Source: Adineta vaga
Lineage: Eukaryota > Animalia > Rotifera
NCBI GenBank assembly: GCA_021613535.1
Contig: CP075492.1
Coordinates: 16,616,001-16,680,000 of the forward strand
Direction of reading: 5' to 3'
DNA: 64,000 nucleotides
The notes beneath the pieces were generated by a model that did not search any database, had not been told where the DNA came from, and worked only from the letters and a program-made list of their open reading frames with translations. The translations under genes and the position numbers were made by a program. Every line of letters begins with the position of its first letter. The stretch's first letter is position 1. Shown here one piece after another: positions 51,901 through 64,000 of the stretch.

Positions 51901-53559
51901 CTTGACAGTTAATGCAACCTTGTAAAAATGAATGTGAGAAAAAAAAGAACATTGAAGGATAAGCTGTTTTTTTACTTAACGACGTCAATTTTTGTTTTTA
52001 TGAAAATCACGAGTATGACATAGTAATTAATCTGTCTAAAGCGACTTATTTTTATAATGAACTAAAGTTTAAAACATGTTCTTTTATTGTATACTCAAAA
52101 AGTGAGTGCACTACTAAAATTCATGAGTGTATCCGGCCGTTTACACCATAACTTTCCAAAGAAGACGCAGATTGAGGTGACATTTTGTATATAATTCAGT
52201 CTCATCAATATCTCGGTCGAGTTCGAAAATGAGAATGATCTTTCAAAAAAAATGACCGAGTTATCGAAAAAGTTGTCATTAAGATATTAGCTTTGAACTA
52301 GGTCGTATTTTTATATCGAAACTTTGCCTCAAATGCGCAAAAACTACATCCACCAATCAATTTTCCTTAATATATCTTAGATGACCAGAAATTTTAGGGT
52401 TTCCCAAATGTCTGCTTTTGTAGCTATTGAAAAGGACGATGAAATGGTAAAAACCCAATCACGATAATTATCGATATTATTGAGCTATTATGCAAATACT
52501 AATGTTTGCATCTATCATATACCTTTTATCAATTCATACAGTTGCTTAGGACTGAAATCTTAACAGAGAATAACACAAAATATTCATTGAAAAGATTTTC
52601 TATATTAATTTTGATATGCAAATATTCCAACATAATGGATCTCTCCCATATACTTTTTGCAGCACACATAACTTTCAGATAAGATCCAAAGTTTTCGCAT
52701 TTATTATTGAAATAAGAATAGCTAATTTTAACCATCTTTCTCCTATCTAGAATTACAAAAGATTAGTTAATTTCTAAATGATCTACGTAACACCGAACAG
52801 TTATCAAACGACAGTATAATACATTCTTCAATACTGTTTGTTTTCTTCTTTTTTAAGTTTTCTTACCATTATGAGCAATGCGTATAATTTAGTTTATAAA
52901 TATTTATAATTCTATTAGAAAGATTAATTGTAAAAAAAATTATTCGAATAATTTTGATTCGTTTTAAATTGTCCGGAAAAAGAGAGTGTCGATACGAGAT
53001 GAATTATTTTATTAGACCCAAACATGATAAAAATAATCATTTTTTCCAGACAAGAAAGTCAGAAACGTTATATTTACATTATTTCAAATTGTGATTTATA
53101 TTATCTTTACTGATTCAGTTTTTATCGTTTTTTCGAAGGTTAGCTGGTCTATTCAGTATACCAATTCGTCTTTTTTCAATGAAATAAAAGATTAAATTCG
53201 TTTGTACAAGATTATGATTGTGAATATAAACGAGGTTAATATAATGTTCAAAAAAAATATTATTGAGCGCATATTCCTATCTTTTCTATGAGAAATGTAC
53301 TTTAAGCATAGCTTTATCTTTAATAAATAATTTACTGAAAGATTATTGCGTTGTAGAAATAAATTATTCATTTTAGAATATTAATCAGATAGAAAATATA
53401 TATTGATTTTGTTATTCATTTAAATTATACGGTCATATTCATCGATTATAAAGATAAATAAGTAAATATCTCTTCAATTATAAATTACTTTAATGTATAT
53501 TCTATTGATGAGAATCGATTCTATTCACATTTAAAACCTTTCTCATGTTTATTTTTTGT

Positions 53560-54664
53560 CAAATATCTAGACACTTATCTTTTTATTGACGATAACCATT
53601 TTCTTATAGAATATCTTTTTCCAACATAGATATTCATTTCTTTATCTAATATTAAGTATGCGAGATACTTTTCATGTCCATCGTCATTTTTTTCACCTAA
53701 TAATATTCTTCCAATTTGATCATTTTTTTCCATATCCAATATATACATATCTTCTGTCTGACTATCAACAAATATACTTTAAAGTAAATTAACACCATTC
53801 GAAGCAACGGTTATACCAATTGCACCTTGGTGAGGATCAAATGATTCAGTTAATGAATACTTTTGAATACGATTATTTTTTGTATCGACAACATAAAGAT
53901 TATCATGAACATTATCAATAAACAAATCTTCTGGTAAGCAGAGTCCACTTTCATTGAAATAGGACAAGATGATGATATTATCATTTGAATTGTTGATGCT
54001 GAGTAATTATTTAGAAAAGAAAAATCAAAGTAATCATAATATTCACGATGATTAGAAAAATATAGAATTAGGATAAAAGAACTTATGTACATTGTTCCAG
54101 AGAATTCGGTGGGGATTAATCAATTCTAATTCTTGTCAATGAGCATATATTTACAAATTGTTCTAATGATAGAAATTCTTTTCAATATATATTGCTTCTT
54201 ATACATTCGACAAAACTTGTTCGAATGCTGCACATTTTTTATAATATAATTTCATTTAGAAAATACGTTAATTAAGAATATTAGAATACTATTCCAATAA
54301 AAAATCTTGCTAACTTTGAAGTTTTGATGTGAATTTAGTTGTTGTTGTGTTATATAATATATGTGGAGTTTGAGTGGATGTTTTCAATAAAATTACTATA
54401 ATGACAACTAATAATAGAACTATCACTATTAATACACATAAAAGAGCAATTAAAATTTGTTTGTACGTTACAATCAAATAGTTTCTATTTGTCTGATTAT
54501 CTTCACCAGGACGAAGACGAACATAACCAGTTGAGAAAGAAGTCGTTGGTTGATCTTCTACGATATTATCCATCTGAAAAACTGAAACAAACAAAATCAA
54601 AAGTATTTTATTTTAACTAAATTCATTTTTTGTTTAATTTTCATTGTTCCTTCATCAATTCCAT
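53560..54664 (-). pseudogene. Degraded type II membrane NHL-repeat gene
   Basis: TM exon (ILIALLCVLIVIVLLLVVIIVILL) and an NHL fragment (PEDLFID...LYVVDTKNNRIQKY) in broken frames. Confidence 0.55.
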
Positions 54665-55151
54665 GTAATTTAATTCTTCAAAATTCTTTTTCTTATTTAA
54701 CGGATATCAATGAAAAAAGTGCCGATGTAATTAAAAATGTACTTTCGTTAAATATCATTATAAAATAAACAATTTTCATAAAATTGTTTTAATAATGTTT
54801 AATAGTAGTTGATTGCATTGAAATATTTTCTAAATGAATATTAATGACTAACGATCGAATGTTTCTTTGATTATTTTCCACAAAGTCACATGATATCATA
54901 GCTCTTTTTCTTATCATATCGTTTATTGATTTATTTTTTAGATTATAACAAATTTTATAATATACAAAGTTCACATGTTGTACGTGATGACGAACCTTTT
55001 TTTGAAAATCCTATTTCTCGAAAAAAATGTGCTTGTTGACCAGACCATCCCTGAGGGAGGAGGTATTAAGGGGTTTTAAATTTTTTTCTCAAAATTATTT
55101 CAGACATATGAATCGACTCAGTTTAAAAGCTGATTCCAAATATAGTGTTAG

Positions 55152-55224
55152 TTTTGAAAGGTGTGTGTGGATTTGGTTGTACTAGTCATAAAGTAAGGTT
55201 AATGTGACACCCACACCCTCAAAA
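55152..55224. repeat. Telomere-like inverted repeat, copy h15
   Basis: TTTTGAAAGGTGTGTGTGG...CACCCACACCCTCAAAA. Confidence 0.8.
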
Positions 55225-55875
55225 TATTTAATTCAAATATCGCACTATTAAAGTGAACATATACTATAGGCACATAAATGTCTTAACGTTAATACTAAAT
55301 GATGGACAGACTGACTTATTTAGACGATAATATCTTTGTAGTTTCTTTCTTCGTTCGCGTGTTCTCTTTTTGCATCATATAATTCGATAAAGAATCTTTA
55401 GACATAATATCATGTAATAATAATTGATATAATCTAGCAACTAACTGCCATACAAAATTAACTTGCAAATGTATTGAAAGAGGGCGTTTGTATCACATTT
55501 ATTTTCTCTGAATATTTTTATTCTGTGATATTGAATCACATGAGAAAATGTTATTAACTAAAATAAACTCTTAAATTCGCCTACATACATCCTCATTAAA
55601 ATGATATACATCATGTGATTCTACATCAAGTATTGAATTGATGAAAAAAAAAGTTCTTACACGATCATCATGTGCTTTTTACCGTTATAAATCGTTAATG
55701 AAAAAAAAACATGTATTTAAAATTCTATGATATATTATTTCTTTTTTTTTTATGAAATTAAAGTCCTTTTCTCAAGTATTCTAGAAAAATAAATACATAC
55801 TTTCATTACGACTCATAAAATACATATATATTAACTTTTTATCTAAATAATTGTTGTATTTCTGTAAATATTATA

Positions 55876-57417
55876 ATGAGAGTTGTCACGCGGTTATATT
55901 TATTTATTATTCTTCAATTGTTGAATTGTATTCAATTCACAAAAGAAGATCGATCTAGCTCAATAATTAGTAATTTCGGTTGGGAATTTCGTCCTTTTGA
56001 CAATTCTTTTCCTCCTTTACTGACAATTACAACAAAAAGAGTTCTGTATTGTAGTATTCAATGTAATCAACATCCAGATTGTCGCACATATGATTTTGAT
56101 TATGATTCTACACAATGTCGTTTATGGGATGCTGATATAACAACAGGTTCAATTATAGTTTCATCATCGAAACCAAAATCAATTGTTGGTACTATTCGAT
56201 TCTCTTCTGATATGTATGAAAATATTTATAATCAATCATGTGATAAATGTATTCGAAGTCGATATTTAACATGTGATATAAATACAAATACTTGTCAATG
56301 TCCTTTAAATACATATTGGAATGGTTCAATGTGTTTAAGACAATTATTTCGATATCAAATTTGTTCAATGGTAAATGCTTGTCGAACAGATTTGAATCTT
56401 ACTTGTGAACCACAATGTGATTTAACTTATCGATGTTCATCAAGTATGTTAAATTTGTCTATAGATTTGTTTATTAATAAATTTGATTTAGTTTCACCTA
56501 TTGGTGTTGGTCAAACAATAGTTGGTTCTTGTAATGGTACTACTGGTATAGGTTCAACAGCATTAGTAGGTCCCTGGGGTATTCATATTTCTCCACTTGA
56601 TGGAAGTTTGTACGTTGCTGATTGCGATGGTCTAACATTTAACAGTTATTCAACATTTTCACGTACAGGACAAATAATTCTTTCGAATAATCTGCTCCAA
56701 CCACTGGACATATTTGTTGATAAGACAGGAACTGTCTATATGACTGATGGATGGTTCAATGATGGTGCTCTGTTTATTCAACGAAATGGAGTAATTAATA
56801 GAACTATTCCTGAGACAGGATTATCAACAGGTTCTTGCCTTAATAATGGACTCCATAGTGCTTATGGTGTGGGAGTGGATCAATTTGGTAACATATATAT
56901 ATCATTATGTACATGTGATATTGTAGTTAAATGGGCACCAAATGTTTTGAATGGTACAGTTGTCGCTGGACAGCGATTAAGTCCAGGATCAACAAGTACT
57001 AAACTGAAAAATGTTAGATTTGTTCATATAAACGATAATCAAAACGCATTTTTTGTTAGTGATTATCAAAATAATCGTATTCAAAAATTTATTATTGATG
57101 GAAATGGAACAGGAATCACAGTAGCAGGAAATGCTGTTGCAGGAATAGGTTTAAATCAGCTGAATTCACCTGCTGGTATTTGTGTAACACGTGATGGACA
57201 AACTCTTTATGTTGCTGATTATAATAATCATCGAATTATGAAATGGACAATCGGTGATAGTCAAGGTTCACTTGTAGCCGGTAGTGCTTCTGGTGTAGCA
57301 GGTAATACTGCTCAACTTCTCAATAAACCTGCTGATATAGCTCTCGATCCAAGTGAGACGTATCTCTATGTTTCAGACTATAACAATCGTCGAATTCAAC
57401 GATTTCGTCTTCGATAG
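55876..57417 (+). CDS. Secreted PAN/apple + Cys-rich + NHL-repeat protein
   Basis: Signal peptide, CSIQCNQHPDCRTYDFD...CRLW, CQCPLNTYWNGSMC, NHL repeats; probable in-frame intron ~56444-56491. Confidence 0.85.
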   Translation: MRVVTRLYLFIILQLLNCIQFTKEDRSSSIISNFGWEFRPFDNSFPPLLTITTKRVLYCSIQCNQHPDCRTYDFDYDSTQCRLWDADITTGSIIVSSSKPKSIVGTIRFSSDMYENIYNQSCDKCIRSRYLTCDINTNTCQCPLNTYWNGSMCLRQLFRYQICSMVNACRTDLNLTCEPQCDLTYRCSSSMLNLSIDLFINKFDLVSPIGVGQTIVGSCNGTTGIGSTALVGPWGIHISPLDGSLYVADCDGLTFNSYSTFSRTGQIILSNNLLQPLDIFVDKTGTVYMTDGWFNDGALFIQRNGVINRTIPETGLSTGSCLNNGLHSAYGVGVDQFGNIYISLCTCDIVVKWAPNVLNGTVVAGQRLSPGSTSTKLKNVRFVHINDNQNAFFVSDYQNNRIQKFIIDGNGTGITVAGNAVAGIGLNQLNSPAGICVTRDGQTLYVADYNNHRIMKWTIGDSQGSLVAGSASGVAGNTAQLLNKPADIALDPSETYLYVSDYNNRRIQRFRLR

Positions 57418-57510
57418 ACTTTTAAAATTTATAATTTAAATATTGTTTTATTTCAAATGATCTTAAGAAAATAGAAAAAAAGTGACATGCATTATTTTTT
57501 GTTTTGAATC

Positions 57511-57547
57511 TATTACTGTTGAGGGTGTGGGTCTGTCCCTCGTAATA
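57511..57547. repeat. Telomere-like inverted repeat, copy h16 (compact)
   Basis: TATTAC-TGTT-GAGGGTGTGGGTCTGTCCCTC-GTAATA, between convergent stop codons. Confidence 0.75.
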
Positions 57548-57566
57548 ATTCGTTTTTGAGAAAGCA

Positions 57567-60500
57567 TTAACATAGTGTCGTTAATACTTCGAAAAAGTCT
57601 ACTTCAACTTCTTCAGAAGTAAGAACAGAAGGACTATCCAAAAAAACAAAGGTTTCCATGTACGGAAAACGATACCGTCTGCAAAATGTATCAAGATCAT
57701 CATTTTCGCTTTTTACATTTGGAATAACTTTTCCTGATAGTAATTGTTGAACTTCAAGAATAGACATAATATCTAGTTGTACCAGTCGTATTAACCATAT
57801 CATAGCAAGTCGTCTTTGACGCATTGAGCTTGATTTCAAATAATCAGATAATTTTTCAATACCTTCACGATCTGCGATATGAATACTATCAAAATAATAA
57901 TTAATATTACATTGAAGTGGCGAAAAATCATCGAGACATATGGCAAACATCATGTCAACGAAATCTACAGTGAGTTTTCCAAAGCTGACATATATTCTAA
58001 GACATACATTTCGTTGCTCCATCGTTAGTCCTCGTTCATTGAATAGTCTCAAAGCATTTTTGAATTCTTCTTCACCAAACTTACTCAGTCGTACAGCTTG
58101 GCAAAATTCTTTACTGTTTTCGTTAACTAATTTGTTTGTTACAGCTAAATAATTCGGTATTGGATTCTGAAATTCGTGAGATCTAGTTTGAGTAATCAAG
58201 TAACTGTGAAGATCAGTAACGAACTGTCCAAGTAACTCATTTCGATGCAAGGTAATGAAGTAGGCCGCTTTTGCAAACCAATAAGAACGTTCTTGCCATT
58301 CAATGACAAAATAGCTAGTATTCAATATAAAGACAGTATATATATCTTGAAGTGTTAGTTCGAACATCGACTTTAGTTCTGGTAAAGCTTCGTCATGGTC
58401 ATCGTCCATATGCGAATAAAGACAGGCTTGAAAATGACGTTGTACATAAACTGGGCTCATTTCAATAAACTGTGTGAAATCATCTAAATCGTTGAATAAC
58501 GATCTTTCATTGTTAAATTCATCTTTGCTATTGGTTAAAGCAACCATATATGCAATAAGTTGTGATTCAGATAAACGTTTTTCTTTATCAGATATAGAAG
58601 AGTTTCCATTTTGGAAGTGAGCGTTCAGCGTATTGAACAATATCTTTTTGCCACGTTCCTGAGATGCTAAAGTGTAAACTACAGCAATTTGTACATTGGG
58701 CAGGTTTGCATTATATAACAAAGCATGAAGCAAATCAAACAAACTATCACACCATGTTTTTTGCTTACATTGCCGGACAATATGAAACAGAACAAAAGCA
58801 ATATATTTGTCTTCTATCTGATCTTCAGTCACTAGTAATCGAGATATGTAAGCATGTATATCGGAACCATCATTGTTAAATGTTTCATTGATTAAGCTTA
58901 GTATAGAAAAGTTCGAATATAAATCTTTCTTGTCACATATACGTAAACGTTCACGTTCTGTTTCTAATAAACTATTCATCTGTTGAATAGTTGACATAGA
59001 ATATAATGTACAGGTGCCACCTAGTGATTTGATCATTAAAGTTCGAATACACTGCCATATCGAGCTACACCATCTGTAATCGTTCATCGCTCCAATAAAA
59101 AGATCCGTTGGTATAAAACACAAACGTATACCTTGACGAATCAAATCATTTTTACTCGAAAGTCCTTCAGCAATTATCGTTTCAACTATCAAGCGTATTG
59201 TCGGAATCATATCATGTTCATCTTCAATCAGTAAAATAACAGCCAATATGGCAATCGATGCACGCTGATCATCATCATAGTATTTTAACCAACTTTCCAC
59301 TATTGGACGATCGTTCTGGTCTTGAAAGCCAGTACATTTTATAAATTTCTTGAGCGGTATATTTTCGAGCTCACTCGAGGATGACGAGGATATGACAAGA
59401 TGGTTTAGAAGTATTACTTCTTGATGAGTCAATTTTCTGTAATTAATTTTCCACGATTCTTGCAGCATTTGTTTCACATAGAAAGAAGCAAACTTCATAG
59501 GTGTTGGAATCATCTCGGGAGTGAACTGCACCAGAATTTGAGCATCAATCGTTACTTCTACAATATACAATTGAGCCAATAGAACAGTTTCAATGGGTGT
59601 AAATGTTCTATCTTGAAAAATTTGATGGAAAATTGATGAATTAAGTTTTAAGAAGGTCAATCGATGGAAATTTGGGTGAGGAATCAATGTTTGGTGATGA
59701 CCAATGACATGTTGAATTATTTGGAAAATGGCTGCTTGATCTAACTTTTCATCTTCACAATTTGGTTCATCTTTTAATCGCCTCCAGATATCTTTTAATA
59801 ATCGATCCAAAGACGGATGTAAGTTTTCTTCAATGCAAGTGCTTAAAATAAATGTTAATGTTAGAAGCGACATCCCGTCGATTGATAAATTCTCTAGAAC
59901 AACAATCAAAGCTTCTTGTATACTGTAATAATATTGTGTGTCAGTATAACGACGCACTATTTGTCTTATATGACGAAGACATAGGATTTGCAACAATGGA
60001 TCCTTGATTATTAGTGCAGTAGTTTTGATATCTTGAAGTAATTCCTTATTTCTATTTTCAGATAAAATGAGAAGGCGAGTGAGACCGATTGATGCAGCAA
60101 AAAGCTCCAAATCTGATGACGAACGAAGCCGTTCACGTTCTCTATCTATAGCTAATTCCAAAGCTTCTTTGGCTTGATCGGTTGTCAAATCTCTATACTT
60201 TTCGCTAAAATGCCAATCATTACAATTATTCAACATTTGTGCACTGTACATAATTGCTTGAGAACAACTTTCTAATCGGCACTGTTGAATATCACTGTGT
60301 AATATTTGTAGAAGTAAAAGAAGCTGAATGGAAATTTCGTTAGGAGATTTTGAGAAACTTTCTTCCACAGATAATATGACTTCAGCTAAAAGTACAGCAA
60401 GTATTAACTTTTTGCTATGCGATACTTGTGCACTTGTTACCAATCGTTCAAAAAGCAGTCGGAACTTTGACGAAATGAAAGCAACAGGAAAGAGTGGATA

Positions 60501-63500
60501 ATGGCAGTATATCTGAAACGGATGTTTACCATGATGCCATTTTATACTATCGTCTTTCGTATCCTTGCTATAAGGATATAATATAAGATGCAATACTTGT
60601 GCAGAACAACAAGAAGGATCTGCTATTAACTTTTCCTTTGTTGAAGTTGAAAGTGATATAGATTGATCTGATAAATTTTGAGATAACAATGTATGAGAAA
60701 ATAAATGAGTGTATGCTGCATTGTATGCTATTAAAAACGAGTTCGCATCTGATACATGAACTTTTTCATCTGTTATAATTTTTTCTAATATCTTGTAACC
60801 TTCTAATTTAGTGTATTTCCTATCTGGTGTCGGAGAAATATCTCCAGAATTATTATTTTTTTCTTTCAGATAAAGCTGACGTAAATAATACAAGGTCAAA
60901 CGCATCCGATAAAGTGCCACTGGTAGTGCACGATAATGTGATAACTCTTCATAAAAGCAAAGCTTATCAAGACCACGAAGACATATTAGTGTAATAAAGG
61001 CGTCAACGACTTGTTTCGACACATCATTAGTAGATGATGCGATGATAATCGCATGACACTGTTCAATGAAGACATCAGAGGACATTCGAATTGCTGTTTA
61101 AAACACTATTGAAATAATTCAACAAAATATCTGACAGAGCAGTCGATTGATGCATTCTTTTTACGTTGAATTGTATCAGTGTTGGTTTATATGGATCATT
61201 ACATAATAATGAAGCTATATCTTGATCAGCATGGTGAAGACCACCGCAAAGAATGATTAATAGAGATAAAACTGCAGGACACATATTTGTATTTTTGACG
61301 ATTAAATTATCAGCAAATCTATTCGCCATTTGTAATATCGTATATTCATGGGATTCGTCAGATCTATGGCGCAAAATCCAATCAACCGTTGTTTGTACAT
61401 CCACATTTACACCATGACATGATTCCAGCTTAAGAAGATGTGTCTCTGACATCCAGCTTTTCCAGAGAATTTTATCATTTTCGTTTTTTTCAAGTGAATT
61501 AACAAAAATTTGGCGAAGTATTTCTCCATTGATCTCTTGACACAAAAGATTTTCTGTAAAATAACAAATCATTTGCATTTCAATCATTCCCGAAATGAAA
61601 TATTTGATCAAGTATTCGTTAAAAAATGGAGAAACTAATGCGTTAAAGAGACTAATTAAAAGTTGAACACTATGCACTGAGAGATCTTTTAGTGCACTCA
61701 ATATGAAGAGAGCACCAATAGGTATTTTACCGATGAATCTCTGTGATAATTGTAGACAAAATGCGTCATAATCTTTTGGTTTCCATGCCAGTTTGAGCCA
61801 TTCGACTGTTAACTTGAGAGGTTGTTGAAAATTTGGTTTTAAAATGTGCATTAATAAACGATCAAGTACCAAATTAATGTCATCGATAGGTGATTTCATG
61901 AATCCTTGTGCAACAAAATATTCTTGAAATGAACGATGTGAAAATCCATAGGCATCAAGACCTCGAGCACTTACAAAGCCGACCAAATTTGTTGTTAAAG
62001 CACTTACGAATGCTTCAACTTGACCTATTAGCGTTGTCCTGACTTGAGGAGTTTTTTTGATATCATAGTAATTTTTCAGAGATATGCAGAATAAATGATT
62101 CATATCGAATGCATCTATTAAACCTGATGGACAATGAGTATGAATATAAATAGCCATATCGTATAGAAGCCAATATGCTACTTCACTATCGACTATTGTT
62201 TGACCTTTGTGTGACCACGCATCAAAGACAAACCGAACTGTTGCTTCATATAATTGCAGAGGAGATGTTAACTGAATGCTTGTTGCTGTTGGTTTGCATA
62301 GTAAAGGTAAAATGAGCGAGAGTAACATCGGATGAGACCAATTTTTTCTATCTAAGCAAAAAACTGTTTCTGTTATCCATGTTTCCATTTTTCTTTCTTC
62401 CAATCTGATACTTTCTATATTCATACTGTCCAAAGTAGTATTATGATGAGAACTATATTGAGCATGAATAAGCCAATGTTTGACAAATGCCTGAACTTCG
62501 TCTTCATTCATTGATTCCAACGTGAATAGTGACGAGAGTTTACCCTTTATAGGATATAGATAGTATCCAGTAATTCTTGACGTAATGATCACTTGATTTC
62601 CGCCAACAAATTTTGGCTGTTGACAATTTAAGCCACCCCATTCATCGATAGTTTCGTGTCGTCGTTTACCGAAATATGTTCCGGAGTGTATATGTATTCT
62701 TCTATGAATGTTTCAATAACACGCACAATGTTCTTTCGTTCTGAATAATTCGCTACTTCATCAAGACCATCAAAAAGTAGAAGAGAATGTCCATGATATA
62801 TGAAATCGCATAAAAATTTCCTATCTTCAACTTCTTGTTTTATATAATAACTTTTGAACCAAGTATGTTCCTTTACATAATCAATAATTTTCGATGATGG
62901 ATGAACTTCCAACCATGTGATCAATTCTCCTATACGAATTAGTATAGGCAATCGTAATAAATATTTATTACAAAAAATTGATGACTCTGGTTGATCTGGT
63001 TTTTGAGAGTTTGAATTAAAAACATCTTCTTGTTGCGAAAGAGAACGTGTAAATTGCAACAAAATCCATCGGAGTAAAGTCGTCTTTCCACACCCTGGAT
63101 CACCTAAAACTATAGCCCATCGAAACGTTTTTAGGAAATCCTCACAACTGAGGTTGCTTTTCGAACTAATGTATGTCTCTTTTTGTGAAGGTATGAAAGG
63201 AGCTGATATGTTTTGTTCTACTTCAGCTAAAGATGATAGATTTGATACCACAAGAGTAGATGCTGACAGATGTAAAGGTATATCAATTGTTCTGACTGAT
63301 GCATGTTTTTCTTTCGTTACTTTTCTTTCTTCATTTTCACTGTCGACATCAAAGTTTTGCACAGGTACAGTGGAATGAAAAGAAATACATTTTGCCAAGT
63401 ATTCAGCAAGAAGCACATGGTATTGTTTACATAATTCACGTAAAGTTTTTCGCGGACCATGTATGGCTTCGAATTGTTTATTTCTTCGATCGAGTTCGTC

Positions 63501-63935
63501 CTCATACTGTTTCACACGCTGGTGTTTTAAACAGATCGGATCGTTACTGTCCGGAGCATATTCCCATTCCAGTGGAATATTTCGACATTCATCGTAGAAA
63601 TGTTCCCATGGATCAATTAAATAATTTCTTATCATATCATCATCGATCTCTGGTTCAGTCGAACGCTTGATTTCATCGGGCATACCGCATATTGTTCTGT
63701 CAACACGACGAAGAAAAGAATGTGTCCATTCATCTTGAAACTCTGATTGACTGTAATTGGTTAGCCACTGCACTGCTTTAAACACTTGAACGAAAGCTAA
63801 TTTATCATAAGTATTGTCAAGACCAATAGTATCCTCATCCAAAGGCCATAGAATATCTTCCTTCCGAGGATCTCGATATAAAGCTGCACAGACACGTCCT
63901 TCAAACGATTCTAAGCGTTGAAGCATGTTCATCAT
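57567..63935 (-). pseudogene. Large NACHT (STAND) NTPase with a long helical C terminus, broken by two frameshifts
   Basis: Walker A VLGDPGCGKTTLLR, LPILIRI, Walker B LLLFDGLDEV, IITSRITGY, YGFSHRSFQEYF. Three consecutive ORFs joined by frame changes near 62640-62680 and 61080. The 5' end may extend upstream. Confidence 0.75.
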
Positions 63936-64000
63936 CTTCTTTTACAAGTATTTCTTTCTTCCATTCGGTTGTTATATCCAAAATGAAGCAAGTGTGTTTT

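Noticed and set aside
52120-53050. Possible Tc1/mariner-type non-autonomous element
   Set aside because: The composition is suggestive, but I could not pair terminal inverted repeats or find a TSD.
54990-55150. Possible DNA-transposon fragment next to hairpin h15
   Set aside because: No identifiable termini or coding remnant.
31-57547. Reading the recurring palindromes as a CRISPR array or bacterial integron attC sites
   Set aside because: Copies are kilobases apart and divergent, there is no cas or tyrosine-recombinase gene in the window, no GTTRRRY cores, and the genes have spliceosomal introns. The cassette comparison is an analogy only.

Overview
AT-rich eukaryotic DNA with short (~45-90 nt) GT-AG introns. 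The gene families (ART-TPR and ART-NHL proteins, NHL repeats, divergent class A GPCRs, an LDLa-EGF GPCR, a NACHT NTPase, bacterial-like GNATs and Kelch repeats) point to a bdelloid rotifer genome; this is an inference from family composition. The window holds about 23 unrelated genes, several with in-frame stops or frameshifts. The main unexplained structure is a dispersed ~30-75 bp inverted repeat, consensus TTGAGGGTGTGGGT-spacer-ACCCACACCCTCAA. About 16 complete or interrupted copies occur, all intergenic, cutting the window into blocks of 0-4 genes. The arms are built from TGAGGG/TGTGGG hexamers, which I recall as the bdelloid telomeric repeats, arranged as in a telomere-telomere fusion. 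Two copies sharing an identical 32-bp core flank an intronless 1600-aa receptor gene, and a half-site lies in the intron joining two protein modules. Other highlights: a C-type lectin/EGF/STRA6-like/OTU deubiquitinase fusion gene, a three-module 2-TM membrane protein, a ~360-bp foldback element and a hAT-like remnant inserted into one hairpin.
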